Of a DNA stretch of 13,963 bases, positions 1-7,891 are shown piece by piece; position 1 is the first letter of the stretch; every line of letters starts with the position of its first letter. The position numbers were made by a program, and so were the translations under genes. Below the pieces are notes generated by a model that saw only the letters and a program-made list of their open reading frames with translations, did not search any database and was not told the origin of the DNA. The stretch comes from Candidatus Eiseniibacteriota bacterium. GTDB lineage: Bacteria > Joyebacterota > Joyebacteria > Joyebacterales > Joyebacteraceae. The stretch covers positions 1 through 13,963 of the forward strand of contig JBDRFG010000096.1 in the NCBI GenBank assembly GCA_043819135.1, given 5' to 3'.

Positions 1-1
1 C

Positions 2-607
2 CTCCTCGGAACGCAGATGATAGCGAAGGGACTCGACTTCCCGGGCGTGGGTCTCGTTGGAGTTGTGGCCGCGGACGTCGGCCTCAACCTGCCCGACTTC
101 CGCGCGGGCGAGAGGACCTTCCAGCTCCTGACGCAGGTGGCGGGGCGCACCGGCCGGGGAGAGGAGCGGGGGCGGGTCGTCGTGCAGTCGTATCTGCCTG
201 AGCACTACACGATCGCGCTCGCTCGCGACCAGCACTTCGCTCCCTTCTTTGACCGTGAGATCGCAGAGAGAGAGGGGATAGGTCTGGGCTACCCGCCGTT
301 CACGAGGCTCGTGGGCATCACTGTCAGAGGCAGGGACGAGGCCCAGGTTCGGGAAGCCGCGGGACGGCTCGCTGACTTCCTGTCAGCCGGATCGGAGCAG
401 ATGGAGAACCCCCGCCCGGAGGTACTCGGGCCCGCGCCGGCGCCGCTCGAGAAGATACGCGGTATCTACCGCTGGCAGGTCATCGTGAGAGGCAGGGCCG
501 GGAGCGCCCGCGCCCTGGTGTCCGGCGCGCTCGCTCAGAAGAAGGCGCTCAAGCTGCCGAGCGCGGTGACCCTCGCCGTAGACGTGGACCCGATGGACCT
601 GCTGTAG
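2..607 (+). CDS. priA: Primosomal protein N' (replication-restart helicase), 3' part; 5'-truncated by the window edge
   Basis: Frame is open from base 2: LLGTQMIAKGLDFPGVGLVGVVAADVGLNLPDFRAGERTFQLLTQVAGRTGR, then VLGPAPAPLEKIRGIYRWQ and a terminal VDVDP, all hallmark PriA C-terminal motifs. Stop TAG at 605-607. Confidence 0.97.
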   Translation, partial: LLGTQMIAKGLDFPGVGLVGVVAADVGLNLPDFRAGERTFQLLTQVAGRTGRGEERGRVVVQSYLPEHYTIALARDQHFAPFFDREIAEREGIGLGYPPFTRLVGITVRGRDEAQVREAAGRLADFLSAGSEQMENPRPEVLGPAPAPLEKIRGIYRWQVIVRGRAGSARALVSGALAQKKALKLPSAVTLAVDVDPMDLL

Positions 608-613
608 AATCCC

Positions 614-1228
614 CTACTCCACAAGTCGCGTGAACGCCGCAGTCAGAGAGCAGGCTTCTCCGGTCTCGGCATCATCGTTCTCGGCGAGGAACTCCGCGAG
701 CTCACGGATCAACTTCACAGCGTGCGCGGTCGCCTTAGGTGAGAGCCGCGACGTGAGTCGCAGAAGCACAGGGGACGCCTTCTCTCGAGCGCCTCCGTCG
801 CCACGCACCTCCAATGCGCGGGTCAGTTCACGCTCCGCCGTCCGAAGCGTGGAGCGTTGGAGGTCGGCGAGGGCCGAGAGGAAGGCCTTCGAAGTCTCGG
901 TCCTGTCGATGATGATTCTCTCGGCCACGAGCGCGTAGACGCCCTCCGGACGCCCGCTGCCTTTATGCCGGCCGGTCTCGACCACAATGCCCGCCTCTTC
1001 GAGCGCGTGAACGTGGTAGTAGAGCGCGGCCGGCTCGTGACCCAGCTCGTCCGCGAGTTCCCTGACCGTGCACGTTCCGAGCCTGGTGAGGGTATGAACG
1101 ATCTCCTGCCGAAGCGGCGTCCGCAGCGCCCGAACCTGCTTCGTGCTCCTGATATGGAGGACTTTCTTCCTCCGTGACGCGAGAATCTTCTTTCCGCGTG
1201 ACGTGGTTGTTTCCTTCCCGCGTGCCAT
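614..1228 (-). CDS. ArsR/HTH_20-like winged-helix transcriptional regulator (204 aa)
   Basis: ALRTPLRQEIVHTL...TVRELADELGHEPAALYYHVHALEEAGIV...GRPEGVY is a winged HTH. Start placed at ATG 1228, which has GGGAGA 8 nt upstream on the minus strand; the ORF-track start at 1321 runs through the AT-rich spacer. Confidence 0.85.
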   Translation of the reverse strand: MARGKETTTSRGKKILASRRKKVLHIRSTKQVRALRTPLRQEIVHTLTRLGTCTVRELADELGHEPAALYYHVHALEEAGIVVETGRHKGSGRPEGVYALVAERIIIDRTETSKAFLSALADLQRSTLRTAERELTRALEVRGDGGAREKASPVLLRLTSRLSPKATAHAVKLIRELAEFLAENDDAETGEACSLTAAFTRLVE

Positions 1229-1265
1229 GCCCGTGGTCTCCCGTGGGGTCTTCTCAGGTCTGTTC

Positions 1266-1302
1266 GCATTGGTTATTGGAAATTCAACCAATATTCTAAT
1301 AT
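1266..1302. promoter_or_regulatory. AT-rich divergent promoter/operator region with overlapping inverted repeats
   Basis: ATTGGTT(1268-1274)-N11-AACCAAT(1286-1292); TATTGG(1274-1279)-N8-CCAATA(1288-1293); TATTGGAA(1274-1281) versus TTCTAATA(1294-1301) with 1 mismatch. Lies between divergent start codons in otherwise GC-rich DNA. Confidence 0.6.
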
Positions 1303-1402
1303 GCTTGTCAGATGTGTGCAAGCGCGAATTGGGTGTTCAGGGGGGCACGACCCTGCGCCCGGAGATCGGACTGAGCGTGTCGGACAAGCCGGAGGTCGGA
1401 CG

Positions 1403-2806
1403 ATGAGAAGCCGCACGGTTGTTGCAGTGACGAGTGGGTTGTTGCTCCTGGCGCTGGCGTGCGCCGCCGGCGCGCAGGGGCCGGGCGGCCTGGGGCCGGG
1501 CGCCCCCGGGAGGCCGCCGATGGACGAGACAAACAGGGGAGAGCTGCTGCAGGACCTCGAGAGGGCCAGGGCGGCGCACGTTGCGGATCCGGGTGACGCC
1601 GACGCGCGTCACGGCTGCGCGCAGCTGACCTACGAGTCCGGTGATTTCGAGGGCGCCCTGCTCCTGCTCGAGCCGCTTCTGGCCGAGAAGGACCCCGCCA
1701 TCGACGTCCTGATGCTGGCGGCGCGCATCGAGTACCTGCGTGGCAGCCACGACAGAGCGGAGGAGCTTCTGCAGCGCATCCTGGCGCGAGAGCCGGACAA
1801 CGCGCCCGCGCTCATGAAGCTCGTCTTCGTCTACTACCAGACGAACCAGTACGACCGGTGCCGGACGCTCCCGGTGGAGGCGCTGGGGGATCGGAGGATC
1901 CCGCACCTGGACCTCATGCTGGCGTTCGAAGACGCGCCCTATCAGGTCGTGTGGCGGGACGGCGAGAGGACTGTTGTACCGTTCCTGGTGACCGACCCGC
2001 TACCGGTGATAAAGGTCGAAGTGAACGGCCGTGAGGTGACGGCTCTCATCGACACCGGCGGGGATTCGTTCATCCTGGACCCCACGATCGCGAGCGAACT
2101 CGGGATAGAGATCGTGGCGTCCATGATGGGTATGTTTGCCGGAGGGATGGAGGCGGAAGTGGGATTCGCGAGGGCGAAGTCTCTCTCGCTCGGCGGTGTC
2201 ACACTCAACTCCGTTCCCATGACCGTCCTTCCGACCAACCGGATGGCGATCGGAGGCTACACTCTCGACGCCATCGTTGGTACGGGCGTGCTCAAGCAGT
2301 TTCTCGCGACGCTGGACTACCCGAACGACCGACTCGTCCTGCGCGCGTCGACCGGCGCCCCGGACTTCTACGCCGAGTTCGCCGGGACGGTCGTGGACGA
2401 GGTGCCCTTCTACCTTCAGTCGACGCATTTCTTGCTGGCGAAGGGCAGCCTCAACGGCGTCGACGACCTCATCTTTCACGTCGACTCGGGGCTCGCGGGG
2501 ACCCCCGCGTTCTCGGCGCCGCGCCAGACGCTCGACCTCGTCGGCATTCCGGTCCCTGAGGTGGAGGTGAGGGAAGGAACGATGGGCGGTGGTGGTGGCG
2601 GATTCGCGATGGGCACCTTCGACATCGATCAGCTGGGACTCGGCGGCCTGACTCAGGGTGACCTCATCGGCAGCTACGGTGGGCTGCCGCCGCATAGCTA
2701 CCGGATGCACGGATTCATCCAGGACGGGCTCATCTCGCACAACTTTCTGCGGCACTACGCGTTGACGCTGGACTTCGAGCGAATGAGGATGGTGTTTACG
2801 CAATAG
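1403..2806 (+). CDS. Secreted TPR-repeat protein with two retropepsin-like aspartyl protease domains (467 aa)
   Basis: GGAGGT RBS at 1391-1396 and ATG at 1403. Signal peptide MRSRTVVAVTSGLLLLALACAAGA; TPR-like helices (AARIEYLRGSHDRAEELLQRILAREPDNAPALMKL); ALIDTGG (2051) with DAIVGTGVL/LDYPN; FHVDSG (2483) with DGLISHNFL/LTLDF. Confidence 0.85.
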   Translation: MRSRTVVAVTSGLLLLALACAAGAQGPGGLGPGAPGRPPMDETNRGELLQDLERARAAHVADPGDADARHGCAQLTYESGDFEGALLLLEPLLAEKDPAIDVLMLAARIEYLRGSHDRAEELLQRILAREPDNAPALMKLVFVYYQTNQYDRCRTLPVEALGDRRIPHLDLMLAFEDAPYQVVWRDGERTVVPFLVTDPLPVIKVEVNGREVTALIDTGGDSFILDPTIASELGIEIVASMMGMFAGGMEAEVGFARAKSLSLGGVTLNSVPMTVLPTNRMAIGGYTLDAIVGTGVLKQFLATLDYPNDRLVLRASTGAPDFYAEFAGTVVDEVPFYLQSTHFLLAKGSLNGVDDLIFHVDSGLAGTPAFSAPRQTLDLVGIPVPEVEVREGTMGGGGGGFAMGTFDIDQLGLGGLTQGDLIGSYGGLPPHSYRMHGFIQDGLISHNFLRHYALTLDFERMRMVFTQ

Positions 2807-2866
2807 CGTGACGTAGCGCGCCTCTCGCAACGACACGGCCCCGCGCCAGACCTCGTATCCGGCCAC

Positions 2867-2895
2867 TTGAGGACTCACGGTGCTTCTGATAACCT
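2867..2895 (+). promoter_or_regulatory. Putative sigma70-type promoter for the DUF418-led cluster
   Basis: TTGAGG(2867-2872)-N17-TAACCT(2890-2895), 39 nt upstream of ATG 2935. Confidence 0.4.
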
Positions 2896-2934
2896 CCCTG
2901 ACAGGGAGATCACACACCTGCCAGGGAGGCTCCC

Positions 2935-4188
2935 ATGTCAGACGCCACTGAAACCCACGCAGTCGCCGCGACGACGTCCGCCGCGCCCGTGGCGGCCGAT
3001 GAGCGAATCGCATCGCTGGATGTGTTGAGGGGATTCGCCATTCTCGGCATCCTTCTCATGAACATCCAGAGCTTCTCAATGATAGGCGCGGTCTATCTCA
3101 ACCCGACAGCGTACGGCGACCTCACGGGCATCAATCGCGTCGTGTGGTTGCTGAGCCATCTCTTCGCCGACATGAAGTTCATCAGCATCTTCTCCATGCT
3201 CTTCGGGGCGGGCATCGTTCTCTTCGCGACGCGGCTAGAGTCGCGCGGGCTCCGTCCGGGCCCCCTTCACTACCGGCGCACCTCCTGGCTGCTCCTGATC
3301 GGTCTGGCTCACGGGTTCCTGCTCTGGTACGGGGACATCCTCGCCATCTACTCGCTAATTGGTTTCATCGCCTATCTCTTCTGGAGGAGATCACCCCTGG
3401 CGCTCCTCATCACGGGCATCGTGATGATGTCCGTGGGCACGGCGCTGTACGTGCTGGCAGGATTCTCTCTGCAGTTTGCTCCTCCGGAAGCCATGGACGG
3501 GATCCGCGCGTTCTGGAGCCCGGGCGCAGAGTCGGTCGTGCACGAGTTGGCCGCGATGCGCGGGTCGTGGGTCGAGCAGATGTCCGTGCGCGTGCCCGAG
3601 ATGGTCAGCACGCTCACGGTGGTCTTCTTCATGTACTACCTCTGGCGCACCGTCGGGATGATGCTCATCGGCATGGCGCTCTTCAAGTGGGGCGTGCTCT
3701 CAGCAGAACGCTCGACGCGCTTCTACGGAGTGGCCGCCATCGTCGGCTTCGTCGTGGGACTGCCCGTCATCTGGCTCGGGATCGCCCGGAGGTTTGCCGA
3801 CGGATGGACGGTTCCCTGGTCGTTCTTCAATGGATCCCAGTACAACTACTGGGCCAGCGCGTTCGTCGCCCTGGCCTACGTGTCGGTCGTCATGCTGGTG
3901 GTCAAGACGGGCGTTCTCGGCAAGCTGCAGCGAGCGCTCGCGGCAGCCGGCCGCATGGCCTTCACGAACTACCTGATGCAGACGGTCATCTGCACGACCA
4001 TCTTCTACGGGCACGGGCTCGGGCTCTTTGGAAGAATGGAGCGCGCCGGTCAGATACTGATCGTGTTCGCCGTCTGGGCGTTCCAGCTGTGGTTCTCGAT
4101 GTTCTGGCTCAAGCGGTTCCGGTTCGGACCGTCGGAGTGGCTGTGGCGGACGCTGACCTATCTCAAACCTCAGCCCATGAGGCGATGA
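2935..4188 (+). CDS. DUF418/YeiB-family polytopic membrane protein (417 aa)
   Basis: ERIASLDVLRGFAILGILLMNI, KFISIFSMLFGAG, LLWYGDILAIY, GRMAFTNYLMQT and FRFGPSEWLWRTLTY are the characteristic motifs of this family. GGGAGG RBS at 2924-2929. Confidence 0.9.
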   Translation: MSDATETHAVAATTSAAPVAADERIASLDVLRGFAILGILLMNIQSFSMIGAVYLNPTAYGDLTGINRVVWLLSHLFADMKFISIFSMLFGAGIVLFATRLESRGLRPGPLHYRRTSWLLLIGLAHGFLLWYGDILAIYSLIGFIAYLFWRRSPLALLITGIVMMSVGTALYVLAGFSLQFAPPEAMDGIRAFWSPGAESVVHELAAMRGSWVEQMSVRVPEMVSTLTVVFFMYYLWRTVGMMLIGMALFKWGVLSAERSTRFYGVAAIVGFVVGLPVIWLGIARRFADGWTVPWSFFNGSQYNYWASAFVALAYVSVVMLVVKTGVLGKLQRALAAAGRMAFTNYLMQTVICTTIFYGHGLGLFGRMERAGQILIVFAVWAFQLWFSMFWLKRFRFGPSEWLWRTLTYLKPQPMRR

Positions 4189-4204
4189 CGCCGCGGGGGT
4201 CTTC

Positions 4205-5698
4205 TTGGCGTGGTACGCGGAGGAAATAGCCTACGGGCTCCTGCCCGTGGCGATCCAGAACGCGATCGTTGCGCGCCACGGCCGGCGCATCTACCGCGAC
4301 CGCTTCGGTGCGGGGTACGACGAGCTCTCTCGTCTTCTGGAAGAGTCTGAGCGAGGCGACCCCGAGCTGCACCGCGCGTACCAGAACGCGCGACTCGCGG
4401 AACTCATCGCCCACGCCTACGAGACGGTGCCGTACTACCGCGAGGTGATGGACGCCCGCTCGCTTACTCCCTCCGACATCACGCGTGTGGAGGATCTTGC
4501 GAAGTTGCCGGTCCTTCGGAAGGAGGACGTGCAGGCCGCAGGAGACAGGCTCATCTCAAGAGCCGCCAATCGCAGGGCGCTCCGCCGCGGCGCCACGTCG
4601 GCGAGCACCGGCATGCCCCTCACCGTCACCTGGGACCGCGCGGTCGCGATGATGAATCACGCGAGCTACATGAGATTGAGGCGCTGGGTCGGCGCGCCCA
4701 TCGGCCGCCCCTACGCGACGATGCAGGGGCGGATAGTGGCTGCCATGGGGCAGAAGCGGCCGCCGTTCTGGCGCGAGAACCCCGCGTGGAACCAGACCTT
4801 CTACTCGACGCTTCACATGAGCGAGGCCAACCTCGTCCACTACGTCGCGAACCTCAGGCGGTCGGGAGCGGAGATGCTCGAGGCTTACCCGTCGTCCGCG
4901 TTCGCCCTTGCGAGGTTCCTCGAGTCGCGAGGCGAGTATCTCCCCTTCAAGGGCCTCATCACGACGGGTGAGCCGCTCCTGTCTGTCGAGAGGGAGATCA
5001 TCGAGGAGCGGTTCCAGACTCGGGCCTACGACTCGTACGGCCAGGCGGAGCGGGTCGCGTTCTCCAGTGAGTGCGAGGAGCACGCCGGGCACCACGTTTA
5101 CCCGGAGTACGGGATAGCGGAAGTGGTCGGTGAGTCCGGCGAGACGTTGCCGGCCGGGCAGTCGGGACTGCTGGTAGGTACGGGCCTGCACAACTATGCG
5201 ATGCCGCTGATCCGCTACGCCTGCGGTGACGTGGCCGCTCTTTCAGAGCGGTCGTGCCCCTGCGGTCGGACGCTCCCGCTTATGGAGGGCGTGCTGAGCA
5301 GGGTGGGCGACCTCATCGTCACGCCCGACGGACGGACCGTCCCTCCCATCATGGTATCGTGGGTGGTCCGGTGGATCGAGGGTGTCACGCAGTACCAGAT
5401 CCGGCAGGACAGCGTCGAAGAGCTGCGCATGCTCGTCGTGACGCCCGCGCCCATCACCGACGAGGAGCGGCGCAACGTGCACCACCACTTCGAGCGGCGC
5501 CTGGGACGCGGCATGCGCGTGACCGTCGAGCGGGTGGACGACATCCCTCGCTCCGACCGCGGCAAGAAGAGGCTCGTCGTGTCCAGGGTGCCGCTTCCGT
5601 GGGGCGGCGGAAACCTGTTGAGCGGACAGGAGGAAGGCGAAGGAGGGTTCGACGACCGGGCGGACGGCGGCGCGTCAGGGGACGCGCACACGGAGTAA
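4205..5698 (+). CDS. Phenylacetate--CoA ligase-like (CapK/PaaK-type) adenylate-forming enzyme (497 aa)
   Basis: HAYETVPYYRE, DLAKLPVLRKED, P-loop TSASTGMP, TTGEPL, YDSYGQAE, NYAMPLIRYACGD, DIPRSDRGKKR. TTG start with GGGGGT at 4195-4200; an in-frame stop at 4178-4180 bounds the start. Confidence 0.85.
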   Translation: MAWYAEEIAYGLLPVAIQNAIVARHGRRIYRDRFGAGYDELSRLLEESERGDPELHRAYQNARLAELIAHAYETVPYYREVMDARSLTPSDITRVEDLAKLPVLRKEDVQAAGDRLISRAANRRALRRGATSASTGMPLTVTWDRAVAMMNHASYMRLRRWVGAPIGRPYATMQGRIVAAMGQKRPPFWRENPAWNQTFYSTLHMSEANLVHYVANLRRSGAEMLEAYPSSAFALARFLESRGEYLPFKGLITTGEPLLSVEREIIEERFQTRAYDSYGQAERVAFSSECEEHAGHHVYPEYGIAEVVGESGETLPAGQSGLLVGTGLHNYAMPLIRYACGDVAALSERSCPCGRTLPLMEGVLSRVGDLIVTPDGRTVPPIMVSWVVRWIEGVTQYQIRQDSVEELRMLVVTPAPITDEERRNVHHHFERRLGRGMRVTVERVDDIPRSDRGKKRLVVSRVPLPWGGGNLLSGQEEGEGGFDDRADGGASGDAHTE

Positions 5699-5725
5699 GA
5701 ACACAGGCTGGAGGGAGTAGCAGCA

Positions 5726-6286
5726 ATGGACTGGGCGACACTGGGAATGGGCATCGTCATCTTCTGTGCTCGCATCGTCGACGTCAGCCTCGGCACGATG
5801 AGGGTGGCCAGCATCATCCAGGGCAGGACACGCGCGGCGTTCATCCTGGGTTTCCTCGAGACGGGCATGTGGGTGTTCATCATCGCGTCCGTGCTCCAGA
5901 GGATCGCTGAGAGGCCCATCGTCGGCATCTTCTACGCGCTGGGTTTCTCCACGGGCAACGTCGTCGGCATCATGATCGAGCGGCGCCTCGCCTACGGGAA
6001 TATGGTCGTGCGCGCGTTCGTGCCCAGCGACGGGGAGAAGATCGCCGCGGCCATCTACGACCAGGGCTTCGGCGTCACTCTGTTCCCGGGGAAGGGCGTC
6101 AAGGGTCCGGTGACGGAGGTGTGCGTGGTGTGCCGGCGCGGTGAGATCAAGCAGATCATCGATACCATAGAGAAAATGTGGCCCGGCGCCTTCTACGTGA
6201 CGGAGCACGCGGGCACCGTCCGCGGGATCAACCGCCCCATCATGCAGCCGCTGACCGGCTGGCGCGGAGTGCACAAGAAGAAGTGA
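5726..6286 (+). CDS. UPF0316/YebE-like (DUF5698 + DUF2179) membrane protein (186 aa)
   Basis: IFCARIVDVSLGTMR, GFLETGMW, YALGFSTGNVVGIMIERRLAYG, followed by a soluble GFGVTLFPGKG...PGAFY domain. GGAGGGAG RBS upstream. Confidence 0.85.
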   Translation: MDWATLGMGIVIFCARIVDVSLGTMRVASIIQGRTRAAFILGFLETGMWVFIIASVLQRIAERPIVGIFYALGFSTGNVVGIMIERRLAYGNMVVRAFVPSDGEKIAAAIYDQGFGVTLFPGKGVKGPVTEVCVVCRRGEIKQIIDTIEKMWPGAFYVTEHAGTVRGINRPIMQPLTGWRGVHKKK

Positions 6287-6330
6287 GCCCGGTGACCGCT
6301 CCGGTTGCCGCCACTGTATCCTGGAGACGC

Positions 6331-7749
6331 ATGGCGACGAACCGCGCGAGGCGACCTCACTACGAGAGTGACCGCGTCGGTCGCATCGAGCGCGTGGACG
6401 AGCGCGATGTTCTGTTCGCGCGCGCGGATCTCTTCAGGAAGTTCCCCGACGGAAGCCCCGAGAGGGACCAGTACTACTCCGCGCACCCGGAGGCACGCGA
6501 ATACGACAAACGGATCGCCGACGAGCTACGCCTGGGCAGCAGCGGAGGCGACTACGCCGCGCTGTGCACCGGGGTGTTCCACTCGCCTCGTGTCGTGGCG
6601 CGCGACGAGTTCGTGGACGGCGAGCCCGCATCGGAGAAGGTCGTGCTCGCCCCGGAGGAGGCCGCGCGGTGCGTCAAGGCCCTGGCGCGGACGCTCGGCG
6701 CCGACCTCGTGGGGACCGGTCCCCTGAGACCCGAGTGGGTCTACTCGCACGTTGGTCGTTCGTTCGGGAACGCCGAGGGATTCCCGCGGTGGGGATCTCC
6801 AATAGATCTGAGCCACCACACCGACGCCGTTTCCATGGGCTTCCGCATGGAGCCGGACTTCGTTGCGTCGGCCCCCGAGTTTCCGACCGTTCTCGCCACC
6901 GGCGTTGCCTACGCCATCGGAGCGCGTGCTGCGGTACGGCTCGCGCAATACATCAGGAGCCTCGGCTACTCCGCCCGCGCGCACCACGTCTACAGCTACG
7001 GTGTCCTCCCTGTGCCCGTGGCGGTCGACTGCGGGCTCGGCGAGCTGTCGCGTGCGGGATTCCTGCTGACGAGGAAGCTCGGGCTGGGCGTTCGCCTCGG
7101 CACCGTAACGACCGACCTGCCGCTGAGCCACGATGGGCCGACGGACATCGGTGTGCAATCGTTCTGCGAACGCTGCGAGATATGCGCGGAGCACTGTCCG
7201 TCGCGTTCGATCCCGACCGGCGGCAAGACCGAGTACAACGGCGTCATGAAATGGACGCTGGATACGGAGAGTTGCTACCGCTACTGGGCCGTCGTGTCCA
7301 CCGACTGCTCCGTCTGCATGTCGACCTGCCCGTGGACGAAGCCGTCGACGTGGCTCCATCGTGCGTTGACATTCGTGGCCACGTTCAGCGGCCCGCACCA
7401 GTTGTTGATGGTGGCCGCCGAGAAGCTCTTCTACGGGCATCCGGACAAGCGCCGCCGCGGGCGGACCCACGGGCTGGCGAGCCTCCGGCCGACGCGCCTG
7501 CGTCTGCACATGCGGGTGATGGGCGTGGTGGCGGCAGTGCTCGGGGCGGGCGGTATCCTGTGGCAGTGGTTGGATTCGTCCCCGCTCGATCCGGTCGGCT
7601 GGCTGGGTTACCTCGCATGGCTCGCGTGGACCATCCTGGGAGTCGGCGCTGTCTGGACCTTCCTCGCAGAGCGGACGCCGCGTCCGGCCGTCGTTGCGCT
7701 CGTTCTGTTCGGCGCGGTGTCGGCCATTCTTGGCGTCCTCGTCTTCTGA
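6331..7749 (+). CDS. Reductive dehalogenase-family (cobalamin, 2x[4Fe-4S]) protein with C-terminal 3-TM anchor (472 aa)
   Basis: VKALARTLGADLVG, LAQYIRSLGYSARAH, AVDCGLGELSRAGFLLTRKLGLGVRLGTVTTDLPL, FCERCEICAEHCPSRSI, KWTLDTESCYRYW...DCSVCMSTCPW. GGAG RBS at 6323-6326. An in-frame GTG at 6283, overlapping the upstream stop, is an alternative start. Confidence 0.85.
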   Translation: MATNRARRPHYESDRVGRIERVDERDVLFARADLFRKFPDGSPERDQYYSAHPEAREYDKRIADELRLGSSGGDYAALCTGVFHSPRVVARDEFVDGEPASEKVVLAPEEAARCVKALARTLGADLVGTGPLRPEWVYSHVGRSFGNAEGFPRWGSPIDLSHHTDAVSMGFRMEPDFVASAPEFPTVLATGVAYAIGARAAVRLAQYIRSLGYSARAHHVYSYGVLPVPVAVDCGLGELSRAGFLLTRKLGLGVRLGTVTTDLPLSHDGPTDIGVQSFCERCEICAEHCPSRSIPTGGKTEYNGVMKWTLDTESCYRYWAVVSTDCSVCMSTCPWTKPSTWLHRALTFVATFSGPHQLLMVAAEKLFYGHPDKRRRGRTHGLASLRPTRLRLHMRVMGVVAAVLGAGGILWQWLDSSPLDPVGWLGYLAWLAWTILGVGAVWTFLAERTPRPAVVALVLFGAVSAILGVLVF

Positions 7750-7891
7750 CAGGCCCCTTCGCCAAAACACCTGCGCCCAACCGCGAGTCATATCCCACGA
7801 GAACGGAAGGTCGCCGCTGCACGCTGCCGCGACCGCACGCTGTTGCCACTACAGCAGAGCAGCAGCCGCCGCACGCTTCGGAGGGCCGAAC

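Noticed and set aside
4185..4229. 14-codon ORF MTPRGSSWRGTRRK starting at an ATGA overlap with the DUF418 stop; possible frameshifted start of the ligase
   Set aside because: The ligase has its own TTG start with an SD-like GGGGGT and an N-terminus typical of the family, so no frameshift is needed.
6331..7749. Epoxyqueuosine reductase QueG as the identity of the Fe-S/cobalamin protein
   Set aside because: It lacks the QueG-type YAxGxDYH and VDTGP motifs and has the RdhA-type LGADLVG, IRSLGYSARAH and CYRYW...CxxCxxxCPW patterns. An HMM comparison should confirm.
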